A stretch of 64,000 nucleotides of DNA from an uncultured Candidatus Bathyarchaeia archaeon (GCA_964584965.1 CAZPBM010000023.1:713-64712); one strand, 5' to 3'; shown: positions 46,875 to 57,535, numbered from the stretch's first letter. Translations and numbers: made by a program. Notes: a model not told the origin generated them from the sequence alone.

Positions 46875-48131
46875 TTAAAGATGTTTCCTTTCCTTGTTTA
46901 TTTTTTCTTGATACCCCGATTCAATGTATGCCTCAAATGGATCAGCAGGAAGCTCTTTTTCTAGCCGCGCCATTCGTATGATTGGTCTAACGTCAGTTAA
47001 GAACGCATCAAGCAGAGTTCTATTTGCCAAAATTATCTCATTATTACTTTGGTATTTTTTCAATCTTTCCTCATCAACACACAATGCTTTTGCATAGGAT
47101 ACCATAAGCGAATCAACAGAATGCAGAACAGCATGAATTCTGTTTTCCAAAGAAGAACATTGATCAATGACGTAAACCCAATTTTTTTCCGGATCAGGAT
47201 TGTCGATAACGTTTCCAGTGACTAGTTCATGAAAGATTCTGAAAACCTGAATGTTTGGCTCAACAGCGTGGTCATCGTCAGCAGCATATCTAACGTTAAA
47301 GTGGAATCCACCGCGAACATTGTTCTCTATAAGTCTTGCAACAATGTGTTCAATATTTGTTCCATGCGGATGGTGCCCAAGATCTATTATCACACCTGCC
47401 CTTTCACCCAAACTCTTTGCAAGAGTCCAAGCCACGGACACGTCTGAAATTACAGTATGGTATGTTCCCGGCTCAAAAAGTTTGTACTCAATCAACATTT
47501 TCACGTCTTCCGGCGTTCGGCCATAAATTTCCTTTAGCGAATCCTGCACGTTCCGCTCAGCCGTGCGTAGGTTAACCTGACCAGGATACATAGAGCCATC
47601 CGGAAGCCAAAGGGTCAAAATTTTCGTTGCGTACTTTTGCGCTATTTCAGCTGCAACAAGCGTGTGATCAATGAATCGTCTTCTTGTTTTTTCGTTGTAT
47701 GCTGAAAGGCTACCGTAGTGAGTGCCCTCTAAAAAGTAAGTGGGGCTAACGGTGCCTATGCCTAGACCTAGACTTTGCGCGTAATCTCTTACTTTTTTAA
47801 AAGAATCTGCTTTCATCTCGTTGAATGGTGCTTTGTCCGGGTCATCCCAACCTAGCTGAATGGCGACTTTAGGCGTGGCGCCCGTAAGTTTGTTCACCAT
47901 GGCTGCGTCATCAAACTTCTCAAAAACATTTCTAGCAGCACCAGGCGGTATGTACCCGCTGAATCTTCCGCCACCGAACACTCCGAATATCCAAGAGGGA
48001 ATTTCAACTGTGAATTTTGAGATTTTGTCTTTAACCTGTTCTATGTCTACTCCTTTTTCAGCAAGATCTTTTTCAAGTAGATCATACTTTTTTGTTTCGT
48101 CTATTTTAGTATATTTCGGCATTTTTTCCAC
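46875..48131 (-). CDS. L-rhamnose isomerase, Pseudomonas stutzeri type (broad-specificity sugar isomerase)
   Basis: GVDIEQVKDKISKFTVEIPSWIFGVFGGGRF, LTGATPKV and IIDLGHHPHGTNIEHIVARLIENNVRGGFHFNVRYAADDD run parallel to the P. stutzeri L-RhI sequence as I recall it. Confidence 0.75.
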   Translation of the reverse strand: MEKMPKYTKIDETKKYDLLEKDLAEKGVDIEQVKDKISKFTVEIPSWIFGVFGGGRFSGYIPPGAARNVFEKFDDAAMVNKLTGATPKVAIQLGWDDPDKAPFNEMKADSFKKVRDYAQSLGLGIGTVSPTYFLEGTHYGSLSAYNEKTRRRFIDHTLVAAEIAQKYATKILTLWLPDGSMYPGQVNLRTAERNVQDSLKEIYGRTPEDVKMLIEYKLFEPGTYHTVISDVSVAWTLAKSLGERAGVIIDLGHHPHGTNIEHIVARLIENNVRGGFHFNVRYAADDDHAVEPNIQVFRIFHELVTGNVIDNPDPEKNWVYVIDQCSSLENRIHAVLHSVDSLMVSYAKALCVDEERLKKYQSNNEIILANRTLLDAFLTDVRPIIRMARLEKELPADPFEAYIESGYQEKINKERKHL

Positions 48132-48294
48132 CTGTGATTAGGCTATAACAATGTTTTAGACCCAATTATTGACATTAAACTTATATTATTTTCCCAAAAT
48201 GACCACACATCTAAGTCGCATTTTATCCAAAAAAATTCGGCACCATATTCACTGGTTAATTCGCGATATCAATCATTTCCGGTGTTTTCAAGGG

Positions 48295-51200
48295 TTATGT
48301 TGGCATTTCACGTATGCTGACAAGTAGAGTTTTAATTTCAAAAGGCTGAAGCGTAAAACATAATGATTTCCCTTCAATTGCAACAAGCTTAAGTTTTCTT
48401 TCTAGCAGGTCGCTTTCATATGCTTCTTTAACGTTAAATCCGAAAGACAGTTCAACCTTTGCACCTGAGCCAGTTGCATCGTATAACCTTAAGACGTAAT
48501 CATTAGAATCTTCAGCTATCTTAAAGCATGAAAGAACCACATTTTCAGGTTTTACTTGAATGAAGCTGTACTCCTCAGGCGCTGACCTTTTTGACAGACG
48601 TTCTGTAACTACATATGCCCTAAGTGGATGATTTACCTCGTAACCTTTTCTGAAGGTTAAGGCTTCTTTCCAGCTATTTTGATGCGGATACACATAATAG
48701 TTAATCTTGTGAATTCTCTGGTCAGGCTTAGGATCAGGGCTATAGCTGGTCCTAACAAGCGTCATTCTGACAGTGTTACCTTTAACGTCAAAACCATACT
48801 TAGAGTCATTTAACAGGCTGACACCATATTTTTCGTCAGAAACGTCAATCCACCTGAGAGCAGGAACTTCTGTGCCGTCAGCAGGTCTTTCAATATACCC
48901 GAAGGGTATTTCAAAAGTCGCCTTTGAGTTGCCTAAGATAGGGGTGAAAGCCACCTTAACCATAGGCGCCTCTGTCTTATCATCTGCAACTTCTTTCCAA
49001 TCAATTATGACGCTAAAATCAATTCTTTGGGCGCCTTTACACAAAGAGATAAACTGAGTTATTTTTGAATCCTTAAATGCGCGAGTGACTTTTATAGTTG
49101 ACCGCAACGGTCCAGATTCAACTAGTTCAATTTTACAATTTCTTATGAGGTTTTCTGTGCGGCCAATTTCACCTATTATCCAAGCTGACATGTTATGAGG
49201 TAACTCGTATAGGACCTGAAGGAGATTGTTAAAGACCGGTCTTGTTATTGGCCTCGAATAATTGTATCTGCATTTTTTGAAGACAAAACGTTGCGCGACT
49301 TTATCATAAAGAGATTCAATTGTACCCGAGGCAGTGTCAATATCGACTCTGAAATACTCATTTTCAAGCGTGTTCTCGTTTAGAGCAATTGATGTCATTG
49401 CGGCTTTTTTCTCTCCCTCAACAAGATAGTAGGTTTTGTAACCTAAAGACGGAACATCAGCTAAAAAAAGTACTTCATCATCATTCACTTGCACAATGGA
49501 TTCTTCTGATTTTTCAGATGAAACAATAACTGGATTTTGTGGAATCAGTGGCTTTGGAACCTTAACTTTAACGATGCCGACGTGTCTCCATGGCAAAGAA
49601 TTGAAAACAATTATTGGAATTCCATGTTTAGAAAATCCTATTTTTTCAGCAAGCTTCCTAAACGAAGAATCAATAACCTCATTTGCCGTTTTTATTATGG
49701 TCTCAGCCAACTCAAAAGGATACTCGTAAGCCTGCGCTGTTCCACTTCCGCAAAGTATGTCGTGAAACTGATTCATTAAGGTACTTAACCAAGCGTTGCG
49801 AAGGATGTCTTTATCATAAATTCCAGATAGAGCTGAAAGTTTTTCTGCATCAACAAGAAGGTTTTCGCAAAGCCGGTTATAGAATTTGATGTCGCCGTGT
49901 GTTGTATAACAACCGTCAAATGCAAATTGAAGTTCGTCCCTGATGATAGGAATTTTCGGAAAATTCGGCTCCTTCTCCACTTGCTTAAAGAAGCTATGAG
50001 TTGAACTGAAAAAAATTTCGGGGAACACAGCCTTTTTTTGGAGTGCGTAGGCGGCTTCGATGTCTTCTACTGTGGCTCCTCCACCATGGTTGCCAACCCC
50101 GTAGACAAACATGCTTGTCTTTAAACCGTAACGTTTGTACAGATACAAAACGAGCTCCATGATGCCTCTTGGAGTAACGGCATTATTGTAGATGCTTGCA
50201 AAAGCTGTTACTCTGGATCCGTCAGGAGATTCCCACTGCGATATGACCTCTTTGGCGCATCTTGTAAGATAATAGGAGTCGCAACCAGCCTTTTTCAGTA
50301 TCTGAGGCATGGTCCAAATATGACCAAATGTGTCTGGTTCCCAGCACACGAAAGGTTCTTTACCAAATTTTTCCCTAATATACCTCTTGCCAAGTAAAAA
50401 TTGCCTAGCCAACGCCTCGTTCCCAGACATGTTCAAGTCGGATTCTACCCACATGGAGGCAGTTACGTCCCAACTACCCTTTTGTACGCGCTTCTTTATC
50501 GCTTCGAAGAGATCTGGAAATTTTTCTTCAACAATCGTGTATGTTAAAGCTTGGCTCTGAGAGAAATGGAAGTCAGGATACCTATCTAGTAATTTAATCA
50601 TGGTTTCGAAAGTGTTTTTTATGGTGTTTACTGTATCCGTCCAAGGCCAAAGCCAATTAATATCTATATGGGCGTGGGCTACTAGGTGAACCTTAAATTC
50701 TTTAGCCTTATTAGCGAGAGGAGAAAGCTTAGTTCTGGCTTTTTCAATTTCTTCAATTAATGCCGATGGGTTCTCTTGGAAAACTTTTAAATCGAATTCC
50801 GCAATTACCTTTTCCGTCAATGCCTTGTCTAGTATTTCTGCGAATCTGAGCTCCTGTATGAACGAGTCAATCTCAAACGCTACTTTTTCGATGTTGCTAT
50901 AAAAAACATTGAAGACTGGAACATCAACAGGTTCGTACTTCGGAAAAATGTGCACAGCCACGAGATGTTCGTTTTCAGGTTCAGTTCTTTCATCAAGAAC
51001 TATTCTTGGACCTCTAAGTTCAGTCCAATACGCCGGGCTTAAGATTTTCCTCGAGTTCACATAGACTTCAGTTTTATGCATTATAATGCCAGATTGCATT
51101 GTGACAGCTGAACCTGAAATTTCTATGCCTGAAATGTCTTTAGGAACCACTACCCTTGTTCTAAGCCAAAATTCGCCTTTTCTAGCATCAACAGTTACCG

Positions 51201-51378
51201 GCAAAGTAATCTGTTTCCAAGTGGCGTCGTCAAAATCAGGTTCGCTTGCATTATGAGCTTCACCTTGATGGAGCTTCCAAGAAATTTTCTCACGGTAACT
51301 TGTCAGCTCCTTTTGTTTTTCTATGAGATTACGCATAAGAAGCGAAGAGTTTTCAAAGTCGTAGTGCATGAAGAACAA
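48295..51378 (-). CDS. Glycoside hydrolase family 38 alpha-mannosidase (no signal peptide)
   Basis: HAHIDINWLWPW, EPDTFGH and NQFHDILCGSG are GH38 signatures. The 1027-aa protein has a hydrophilic N-terminus. Confidence 0.9.
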   Translation of the reverse strand: MFFMHYDFENSSLLMRNLIEKQKELTSYREKISWKLHQGEAHNASEPDFDDATWKQITLPVTVDARKGEFWLRTRVVVPKDISGIEISGSAVTMQSGIIMHKTEVYVNSRKILSPAYWTELRGPRIVLDERTEPENEHLVAVHIFPKYEPVDVPVFNVFYSNIEKVAFEIDSFIQELRFAEILDKALTEKVIAEFDLKVFQENPSALIEEIEKARTKLSPLANKAKEFKVHLVAHAHIDINWLWPWTDTVNTIKNTFETMIKLLDRYPDFHFSQSQALTYTIVEEKFPDLFEAIKKRVQKGSWDVTASMWVESDLNMSGNEALARQFLLGKRYIREKFGKEPFVCWEPDTFGHIWTMPQILKKAGCDSYYLTRCAKEVISQWESPDGSRVTAFASIYNNAVTPRGIMELVLYLYKRYGLKTSMFVYGVGNHGGGATVEDIEAAYALQKKAVFPEIFFSSTHSFFKQVEKEPNFPKIPIIRDELQFAFDGCYTTHGDIKFYNRLCENLLVDAEKLSALSGIYDKDILRNAWLSTLMNQFHDILCGSGTAQAYEYPFELAETIIKTANEVIDSSFRKLAEKIGFSKHGIPIIVFNSLPWRHVGIVKVKVPKPLIPQNPVIVSSEKSEESIVQVNDDEVLFLADVPSLGYKTYYLVEGEKKAAMTSIALNENTLENEYFRVDIDTASGTIESLYDKVAQRFVFKKCRYNYSRPITRPVFNNLLQVLYELPHNMSAWIIGEIGRTENLIRNCKIELVESGPLRSTIKVTRAFKDSKITQFISLCKGAQRIDFSVIIDWKEVADDKTEAPMVKVAFTPILGNSKATFEIPFGYIERPADGTEVPALRWIDVSDEKYGVSLLNDSKYGFDVKGNTVRMTLVRTSYSPDPKPDQRIHKINYYVYPHQNSWKEALTFRKGYEVNHPLRAYVVTERLSKRSAPEEYSFIQVKPENVVLSCFKIAEDSNDYVLRLYDATGSGAKVELSFGFNVKEAYESDLLERKLKLVAIEGKSLCFTLQPFEIKTLLVSIREMPT

Positions 51379-51410
51379 GAGAATAGGGGGACATAATAAA
51401 ATTTACGTAT

Positions 51411-51439
51411 TGCTAATGCTTTTCAGTTTTTCATTAGCA
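51411..51439. promoter_or_regulatory. 8-bp inverted repeat (TGCTAATG-N13-CATTAGCA) in the GH38 / NPP divergent promoter region
   Basis: The arms are 51411-51418 and 51432-51439, ~33 nt upstream of the GH38 start codon. Confidence 0.25.
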
Positions 51440-51467
51440 TAAGCATAAATAAAGAATCAAAGCCCGT

Positions 51468-53588
51468 TTGCATATTTGCACTTGTTGTGTTAATAGGACT
51501 TTACATTCAGAAGTAGCTAAGACATTTATATCTGAACTTATTCTTTCAACTGCCATGAAGGCTAAGAAACTTATACTGCTTGGATTCGATGGGGCGATGC
51601 CTGAACACTTCGAAAAGTTTTTGGATGAAGGAGTGATGCCTAATATTTCCAAGTTAATTAAAAATGGCGTTTACTCCAGAGCTCTTCCTGTACCCCCAGT
51701 GGATTCGCCTACAAATTGGGTGACAATAGTTACTGGAACATGGCCTGGTACTCACTGCATAACAAGTTTCACTACTCATCTTCCAGGCGACCCTTTAGAC
51801 GTTGGAAGGTCAACAGTAGGTTTAGATTCAACAACTCTGTGCAAGGCTGAATTTTTTTGGGACGCTGCTGAAAAGTCTGGGAAAAAATGTTTAGTTATGA
51901 ATTATTTGTGTTCGTGGCCACCGACCTTTAAGAATGGGATTTTAGTCGGCGGGCCGTCACCATCTGGTTATGCACTTGGGTGGAATAAAGGAATAGCTGT
52001 CAATTTCATTTCAGAAGCGCCGAAATCAAAAGAGACACGTGACATATTTGAATTCCAAATTAAATTAAAAAAAGCAGAAGGATGGAAAAGCCTTCCAAAA
52101 ACATCTTCTGTGCCTTTGGAGGCAGATGTTCCTGGAAACTTTTCTACACCGAAGTTATCATCAGACGAGTGGCAACAAGAATGGCAAAAAATGTTTAAGG
52201 CAAAGATGCAAGAAGGAGAAGAGAGCGTCCCTATTTGGGATCCAACATATCACTTGTTGATTGTTGATTCAATAAATGAAGGATACAACTTAGTTCTCTT
52301 TTGCCGAGAGAAAGACGCTTCTAACCCATTAGCAGTTTTGAAACAAAACGAGTGGAGCGATTGGATTTACGATAAGATTTTTGACGGAGAACAAAAAGTC
52401 GAAGTAGGGTTCAAGCTTAGGCTTAACGAGATTTCATCTCGGGGTGACAAAATTGAACTGTTCAGAACCATCTTATACAAGGTCGAAGGATGGACATATC
52501 CACAAGAATTAGCAAAGGAAATCACAGAAAACGTGGGAGTGTATGCTGGCGGTTTTGAAGCGTATACTGGTTATAAACATCCTCTTCGTTTGGAAAGACC
52601 AAAGCTAATTGACATATATTTTGAATGCGCATGGTATCAGATGAACTATTTCGTTAACGTTGCCCGTTTCCTAAAAGATCGATATGACTGGGACATTCTG
52701 GTCACCTCACTTCATCTGCAGGACGAAATAGGGCATCAGCTTGGTTTTGACGGAATTGACCCAGCAGCTCCAAATTATAGGCCTGAGAAAGAACAGGATT
52801 ATTGGAACATAATAAGAAGAATGTACGTGCTTATGGACGAACAAGTTGGAAAAATGGTTAACCAATTCGGTGATAAGGACACATTAATTGCAGTAATATC
52901 TGACCATGGAGCTTTGCCAATAAGAAAGGCGATCTCAATAAATGGTTTGTTACAAGTAGCTGGTTTGCTGACGGTGAAATTTGACGAAAAAACGGGGATT
53001 CCAAACATCGATTGGTCAAAAACAAAAGCATACAACCGTCCAGGGTTCCCTATGGAATACATATGGATCAACGTGAAAGGAAGGGACCCCCAAGGAATCG
53101 TAAATCCGGGAAAAGAATATGACGACGTAGTTGACCATGTCATAAGCCTACTTTACGGGCTGAAGGATCCTGAAACAGGAAGGTGCCCAATAGCCTTAGC
53201 GCTGTCAAAAGAAAACGCAAAATTGTTGGGTCATAAAGGGGAAAGAGCTTCCGACATCTTGTATTTCTTTAAACCCGGCTATACTGGGGATCCAGGTCCA
53301 GTCCCGTTACCTAGCGAAATAAAATTTACTGAACATGAGTTTGAAATGATGTTGTCCTCGCGGCCTAGTGGAGGAAACCACTCTGGATTTCTACCCACAG
53401 CAAGGTTTGGCGGATGTTCAAATAACGGCGTCTTTGTCGTTTCTGGTCCGGGTGTCAAAAAGGGATATATTAGGATAGAGCCAATGATGCTTGTAGATGT
53501 TGCTCCAACACTTGCGCACTTACTTGAAATTTCTGTTCCCGCTCAAGCTGAAGGGCATGTTCTCTATGATATTTTAAGCCATCAATGA
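51468..53588 (+). CDS. Alkaline phosphatase superfamily protein (nucleotide pyrophosphatase/phosphodiesterase-like)
   Basis: KKLILLGFDGAMPEHFEKFLDEGVMPNISKLIKNGVY and VISDHGA are present. The likely true start is MKAKK at 51555. Confidence 0.75.
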   Translation: MHICTCCVNRTLHSEVAKTFISELILSTAMKAKKLILLGFDGAMPEHFEKFLDEGVMPNISKLIKNGVYSRALPVPPVDSPTNWVTIVTGTWPGTHCITSFTTHLPGDPLDVGRSTVGLDSTTLCKAEFFWDAAEKSGKKCLVMNYLCSWPPTFKNGILVGGPSPSGYALGWNKGIAVNFISEAPKSKETRDIFEFQIKLKKAEGWKSLPKTSSVPLEADVPGNFSTPKLSSDEWQQEWQKMFKAKMQEGEESVPIWDPTYHLLIVDSINEGYNLVLFCREKDASNPLAVLKQNEWSDWIYDKIFDGEQKVEVGFKLRLNEISSRGDKIELFRTILYKVEGWTYPQELAKEITENVGVYAGGFEAYTGYKHPLRLERPKLIDIYFECAWYQMNYFVNVARFLKDRYDWDILVTSLHLQDEIGHQLGFDGIDPAAPNYRPEKEQDYWNIIRRMYVLMDEQVGKMVNQFGDKDTLIAVISDHGALPIRKAISINGLLQVAGLLTVKFDEKTGIPNIDWSKTKAYNRPGFPMEYIWINVKGRDPQGIVNPGKEYDDVVDHVISLLYGLKDPETGRCPIALALSKENAKLLGHKGERASDILYFFKPGYTGDPGPVPLPSEIKFTEHEFEMMLSSRPSGGNHSGFLPTARFGGCSNNGVFVVSGPGVKKGYIRIEPMMLVDVAPTLAHLLEISVPAQAEGHVLYDILSHQ
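51470..51479 (+). promoter_or_regulatory. GCATATTTGC motif, copy 1 (candidate operator)
   Basis: The same 10-mer occurs in reverse complement at 55040-55049, in the MFS promoter region. Confidence 0.2.
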
Positions 53589-53759
53589 TAGACTATTTTT
53601 TGGCTTCCTGGCTTCCCTTTTGAAAAAATTTTGTTAAAAAATTGGCGTTGCACCATATAATTTAAAAGATACGTGAGAAATACCGGTTTGTGTTGGGTAA
53701 AAAACACGTGGTTAATATCCGTCAATCTGTGCAATGAAGACCCAAAATTTTGGTTTCCT

Positions 53760-55019
53760 CTATCCAGAACGATCCAATGTATCTGGTATTCTTACTAAAA
53801 CAGGTATTACGCCAAGTAATTCTATAATTATTGGGAGGAGAATGACTAGTTCCATCTGCCCGATTTGCCACAGAAAACCACCTAACATGAATGCTGGAAT
53901 AGTTACAAGCGTGTTAAATATGCCAGTAAATCCAAACCATCTTCCTCTTTTTTCCGTTGGAACTAGTTCCCAATACATTGTTGTGAATGGAATCCAACAG
54001 ATGCTATTCAGTCCCTGCATCATTCCCACTGCTCCCATAATTCCAACTAGAATTAGGCTTTCCGGTGTTGGAGCAAAAAGTAACAAGAAGGTGCCCGCGT
54101 ACGTGATGGGACGAAGTAAGTAGAATGCTTTTTTTCTGCCAATTTTGTCAGCCATTCTTCCTACTGGAATCTGCAAAAGTGTTGACATTATTATTCCCGT
54201 AGTGCTTACGATTCCTAAGATATACGCATCCGCCTTAACGACATTTACCATCCATAGTGGAACATAGGATACTGACACGCTTGAGGCAAAATAAAAGAGG
54301 CTCATTGCAATTGTCCATTCTTTCAGCCATTTTTCGCCTTTAAAAAGATCCTTAAATCCTTCAATGAAGTTTCCACGCTCCAATGTGGACTCTATGTTTA
54401 CGAACTTCCTATGCCGATTTTCCATTACGAAAAAGATAAAAAATATTATGAAAAGCGTGAAAATCGTCTGGATAATATATAAAGGGCGGATTCCTTCTGT
54501 GGTTATTCCGCCATATGCTACCACTATTGCAGCTGCTATCACAGGTGCAATAATGCTTGGTATCGACCATACGGTCCGCGCGAAGCTCATCGCTTGAGCT
54601 CTTTTTTCTGGCTTCGCTTCTTCTATTAAGACAAGGTCGGGAAGGGAATAAAGCATTCTGAAACTAATCTGGGAAAAGATCATTGCTGGTATAAGCATTA
54701 ACCAATTAGAGGCGCTGCTGTAGATTCCTGAAACAATGGCGGAAAGAACTAGACCTAAAATTATTGCTGTTTTGACGCCAAACCTGTCTATAAACAAACC
54801 CATTGGAGCGGAGAATATGCAATATGCTATTCCACCTATACTATTTAGTGAACCTAGTTGAAGAGCATCCGCCCCCAAAGCAGTAATGTATAGCTGAGAA
54901 AATTGGGAAGGCAAACTACTTGCCCAGTTGTAGATTCCGATTGCGGCAATCATAATTTTGGATCGTTTATCGAAAATTTTCAGAAAATTGAACACTGTTC
55001 GTTTAATGTCAGCTTTCAT
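53760..55019 (-). CDS. MFS transporter
   Basis: The 419-aa protein has ~12 hydrophobic segments and MFS-like loop motifs (GLFIDRFGVK, GRMADKIGRKK). Confidence 0.85.
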   Translation of the reverse strand: MKADIKRTVFNFLKIFDKRSKIMIAAIGIYNWASSLPSQFSQLYITALGADALQLGSLNSIGGIAYCIFSAPMGLFIDRFGVKTAIILGLVLSAIVSGIYSSASNWLMLIPAMIFSQISFRMLYSLPDLVLIEEAKPEKRAQAMSFARTVWSIPSIIAPVIAAAIVVAYGGITTEGIRPLYIIQTIFTLFIIFFIFFVMENRHRKFVNIESTLERGNFIEGFKDLFKGEKWLKEWTIAMSLFYFASSVSVSYVPLWMVNVVKADAYILGIVSTTGIIMSTLLQIPVGRMADKIGRKKAFYLLRPITYAGTFLLLFAPTPESLILVGIMGAVGMMQGLNSICWIPFTTMYWELVPTEKRGRWFGFTGIFNTLVTIPAFMLGGFLWQIGQMELVILLPIIIELLGVIPVLVRIPDTLDRSG

Positions 55020-55039
55020 TCAAATCACTTTAAATATTG

Positions 55040-55062
55040 GCAAATATGCGATTTTTGCATAT
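55040..55062. promoter_or_regulatory. GCAAATATGC (reverse complement of GCATATTTGC) overlapping ATATGC-N7-GCATAT inverted repeat; candidate operator upstream of the MFS gene
   Basis: The 10-mer is at 55040-55049 and the IR arms at 55044-55049 and 55057-55062, 21-43 nt upstream of the MFS start codon. Confidence 0.25.
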
Positions 55063-55486
55063 CATGACATTGTTTAACACTGTTATATCTATAAATAAGC
55101 TTTTTGCAACAAGACCCATTTTTTCAAGCATCAGAAACTGCTTGCATTTTAAACAGTAATATCTAAGACCAACGAGTTCTGGAAGGAAGATGCACAAGAA
55201 AAGAAAGCCAACAAAAGTGTCGTGGACAAGTTCACTAAGTTCGCTTTAATGCTCAATGAAATTGCTGATGTGTAGATCGATAAAAAAGGGCTAAGACATT
55301 AGTATGCGGATAACTTTTCGGATGAAAACGAAGAATCTGAGCGTTTCAATTTCATTATATCTTTGCTCATACAGCTGTTTGTGAGATGGATCAAAGTATT
55401 GTGTCAAATTTGATTAATAGAAAAATTTTAAATACTTTAACAATGTTATATGTCGAATGTCACATAAAAAATGTAAGTGAACTAAA

Positions 55487-57535
55487 ATGGCTGAAACAAA
55501 AAATGAGTTAAATCCAGTTACTTTGAAAGCAATACTCACAGCAATTCTGATGTTCGCAATCTTTCTTCCACTGTCACAGATTCTTGCTTTGTACAACACT
55601 AAACCATCCACATACTATGGATTTCCATTAACATTCTTTTGGCTAACTCTGCTGTTCTATGCCTTAGGTAAAGTAAGCAGTAAATTGAGGCTCACTGCGT
55701 CAGAGTACGTCTTCGTGTTTGTGGTAGTGAACATCCTTGCCGGAGCACGAGGAATGAGCATGTGGGCTCAATCAGAAAACATGCTAAAAATATCTGATCA
55801 GATGTTCACCATAGTACCATCTGGACTATTCTGGAATCCATCTCTATACGACCAATTGGTACCAGAAATCTTCTTTCCCACTGCTCAACGATCCGAAATT
55901 GCAGGTATGATTATGATGGGGATTAGACCTGGTCAAGTGTTTCCATGGTCGGCCCTTGCGACACCATTAACTATTTTCTCAGCTTTCACTTTCTTCCTAA
56001 TGGCTATTTCCGCGTTCATATCTTTCGCTATACTAAGCCCAATCTGGACTGATGTAGAAAAACTGCCGTTCCCAATTCACGCCCTTCCAGCTATCGAATT
56101 CACGAGAGATTGCCTCGAAAGAGGCAAAGCATTCAACTTCAAAGAAGGAGATAGAAAAGTTTTTTGGATATGCTTTGCACTGGGTGCTTTAGCGTCCATA
56201 GCTCCTTTAATTGTTGAGCTTTATCCCACAATTCCTTTGCTGGGCGCCATTAACTTCGGCGAAATACGTGTACCCATACTTGCTTCAGTATCAGCGGTTC
56301 TACCTGGATGGATAGGATATGGATATTGGATATTTCCGCAGTTCTTCATTGGACTAGTTGTTTCAAACGTAGCATTGATATCAGCTGTCGTGGCTTATCT
56401 TATACATTGCGTCTACAACGTGATTGCTGTACAAGCAGGGTGGTATGTGTACTACACACCTGGAAAAGAGGTTACAGGCGGATACTGGGACTTACCTTCA
56501 GGACAGGCTCCTTTACCGCTCAGATACATAGTCATGCCAGGCGGTTTCATTGGCGTCGGTATTGTGATGCTTTGGATATGTAGGCACAGAGTCATAAAGG
56601 TCGTCAACGCGTTGATTGGAAAAGAGAATCCAATTGAGTCAGGATTATCATTACGGCTAGTAAGCTACGTAGGTATCATCAGCATAGTACTATGTCTAGC
56701 GTTATTCGTTGCAATCGGAGTACCCATATTAATAGGTCTAATGTGGCTAATAATGTGGATCTGTTTCAACATAGCAGCAGCCAGAGCAGCCGCAGTATAT
56801 GGTGGAGCAGGAGGATACCTTAACACCAGCGATTGGAAAATAATGTATGCCTCTGGTGCTGGTTTAGGTTATTGGCCAGCTTCACCGCCAGGAAATCAAA
56901 CATGGTACATTACACGGGCTATTACCTATGGTGCTTCTGGTCCCACATCAAGAAGCGGTGGAATGTTTGACATTGTATCGCTGACCGCATTGGCGCACAT
57001 CCATAAGTCTTTCAACTTGAACCTAAAACATGTGTTCATAGCGGTCTTGGTAACAGCTGGAATTGCGACTCCATTGATATATCTCTCTGGCTACTGGTTT
57101 GCGGTGCACAGCGGTGGGCTTCTAAGTGTAAATTCTATGCCATACTACGATTGGATGTTGCCCTACCAAGGAGTAAGTTTCGCTTCATTCACTGCAGGCG
57201 GAGACTTTAACTTAGAGACAATATGGTTCGTCGCAGGAATAGGCTTAGCTATAGGCATATACGCGTTGAAAATGATCGTTCCCATACTTCCGATTGACCC
57301 AACAATTCTCACCGTCTTACTGTGGAATCCTGAGTATTACTGGATGATGGCAATCGCATCACTCGCAGTAAAATACGTAACAATAAGAATCGTTGGACAA
57401 ACGACATACATGAGATACGCCAAGGCGGTAGTCGTAGGCGCTATGGCTGGATTCGGAGCCGTTTTCACGATAATGGCTCTTAGTCACTTAGGGTTAGTGG
57501 CAATACCAAAATTCCAGAGTCAATTTACGCCATAA
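55487..57535 (+). CDS. Large polytopic membrane protein of unknown function (possibly distant OPT-like)
   Basis: The 682-aa protein is almost entirely hydrophobic helices. It contains the motif WTDVEKLPFPIHALP and is a paralog of the ORF starting at 62183. Confidence 0.6.
   Translation: MAETKNELNPVTLKAILTAILMFAIFLPLSQILALYNTKPSTYYGFPLTFFWLTLLFYALGKVSSKLRLTASEYVFVFVVVNILAGARGMSMWAQSENMLKISDQMFTIVPSGLFWNPSLYDQLVPEIFFPTAQRSEIAGMIMMGIRPGQVFPWSALATPLTIFSAFTFFLMAISAFISFAILSPIWTDVEKLPFPIHALPAIEFTRDCLERGKAFNFKEGDRKVFWICFALGALASIAPLIVELYPTIPLLGAINFGEIRVPILASVSAVLPGWIGYGYWIFPQFFIGLVVSNVALISAVVAYLIHCVYNVIAVQAGWYVYYTPGKEVTGGYWDLPSGQAPLPLRYIVMPGGFIGVGIVMLWICRHRVIKVVNALIGKENPIESGLSLRLVSYVGIISIVLCLALFVAIGVPILIGLMWLIMWICFNIAAARAAAVYGGAGGYLNTSDWKIMYASGAGLGYWPASPPGNQTWYITRAITYGASGPTSRSGGMFDIVSLTALAHIHKSFNLNLKHVFIAVLVTAGIATPLIYLSGYWFAVHSGGLLSVNSMPYYDWMLPYQGVSFASFTAGGDFNLETIWFVAGIGLAIGIYALKMIVPILPIDPTILTVLLWNPEYYWMMAIASLAVKYVTIRIVGQTTYMRYAKAVVVGAMAGFGAVFTIMALSHLGLVAIPKFQSQFTP

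Noticed and set aside
55140-55275. A start-less open frame encodes ...SKTNEFWKEDAQEKKANKSVVDKFTKFALMLNEIADV* in the 467-nt gap upstream of the membrane cluster.
   Set aside because: It spans only ~40 codons and has no ATG, GTG or TTG start and no motif. It could be a gene remnant, but the evidence is too thin to annotate.
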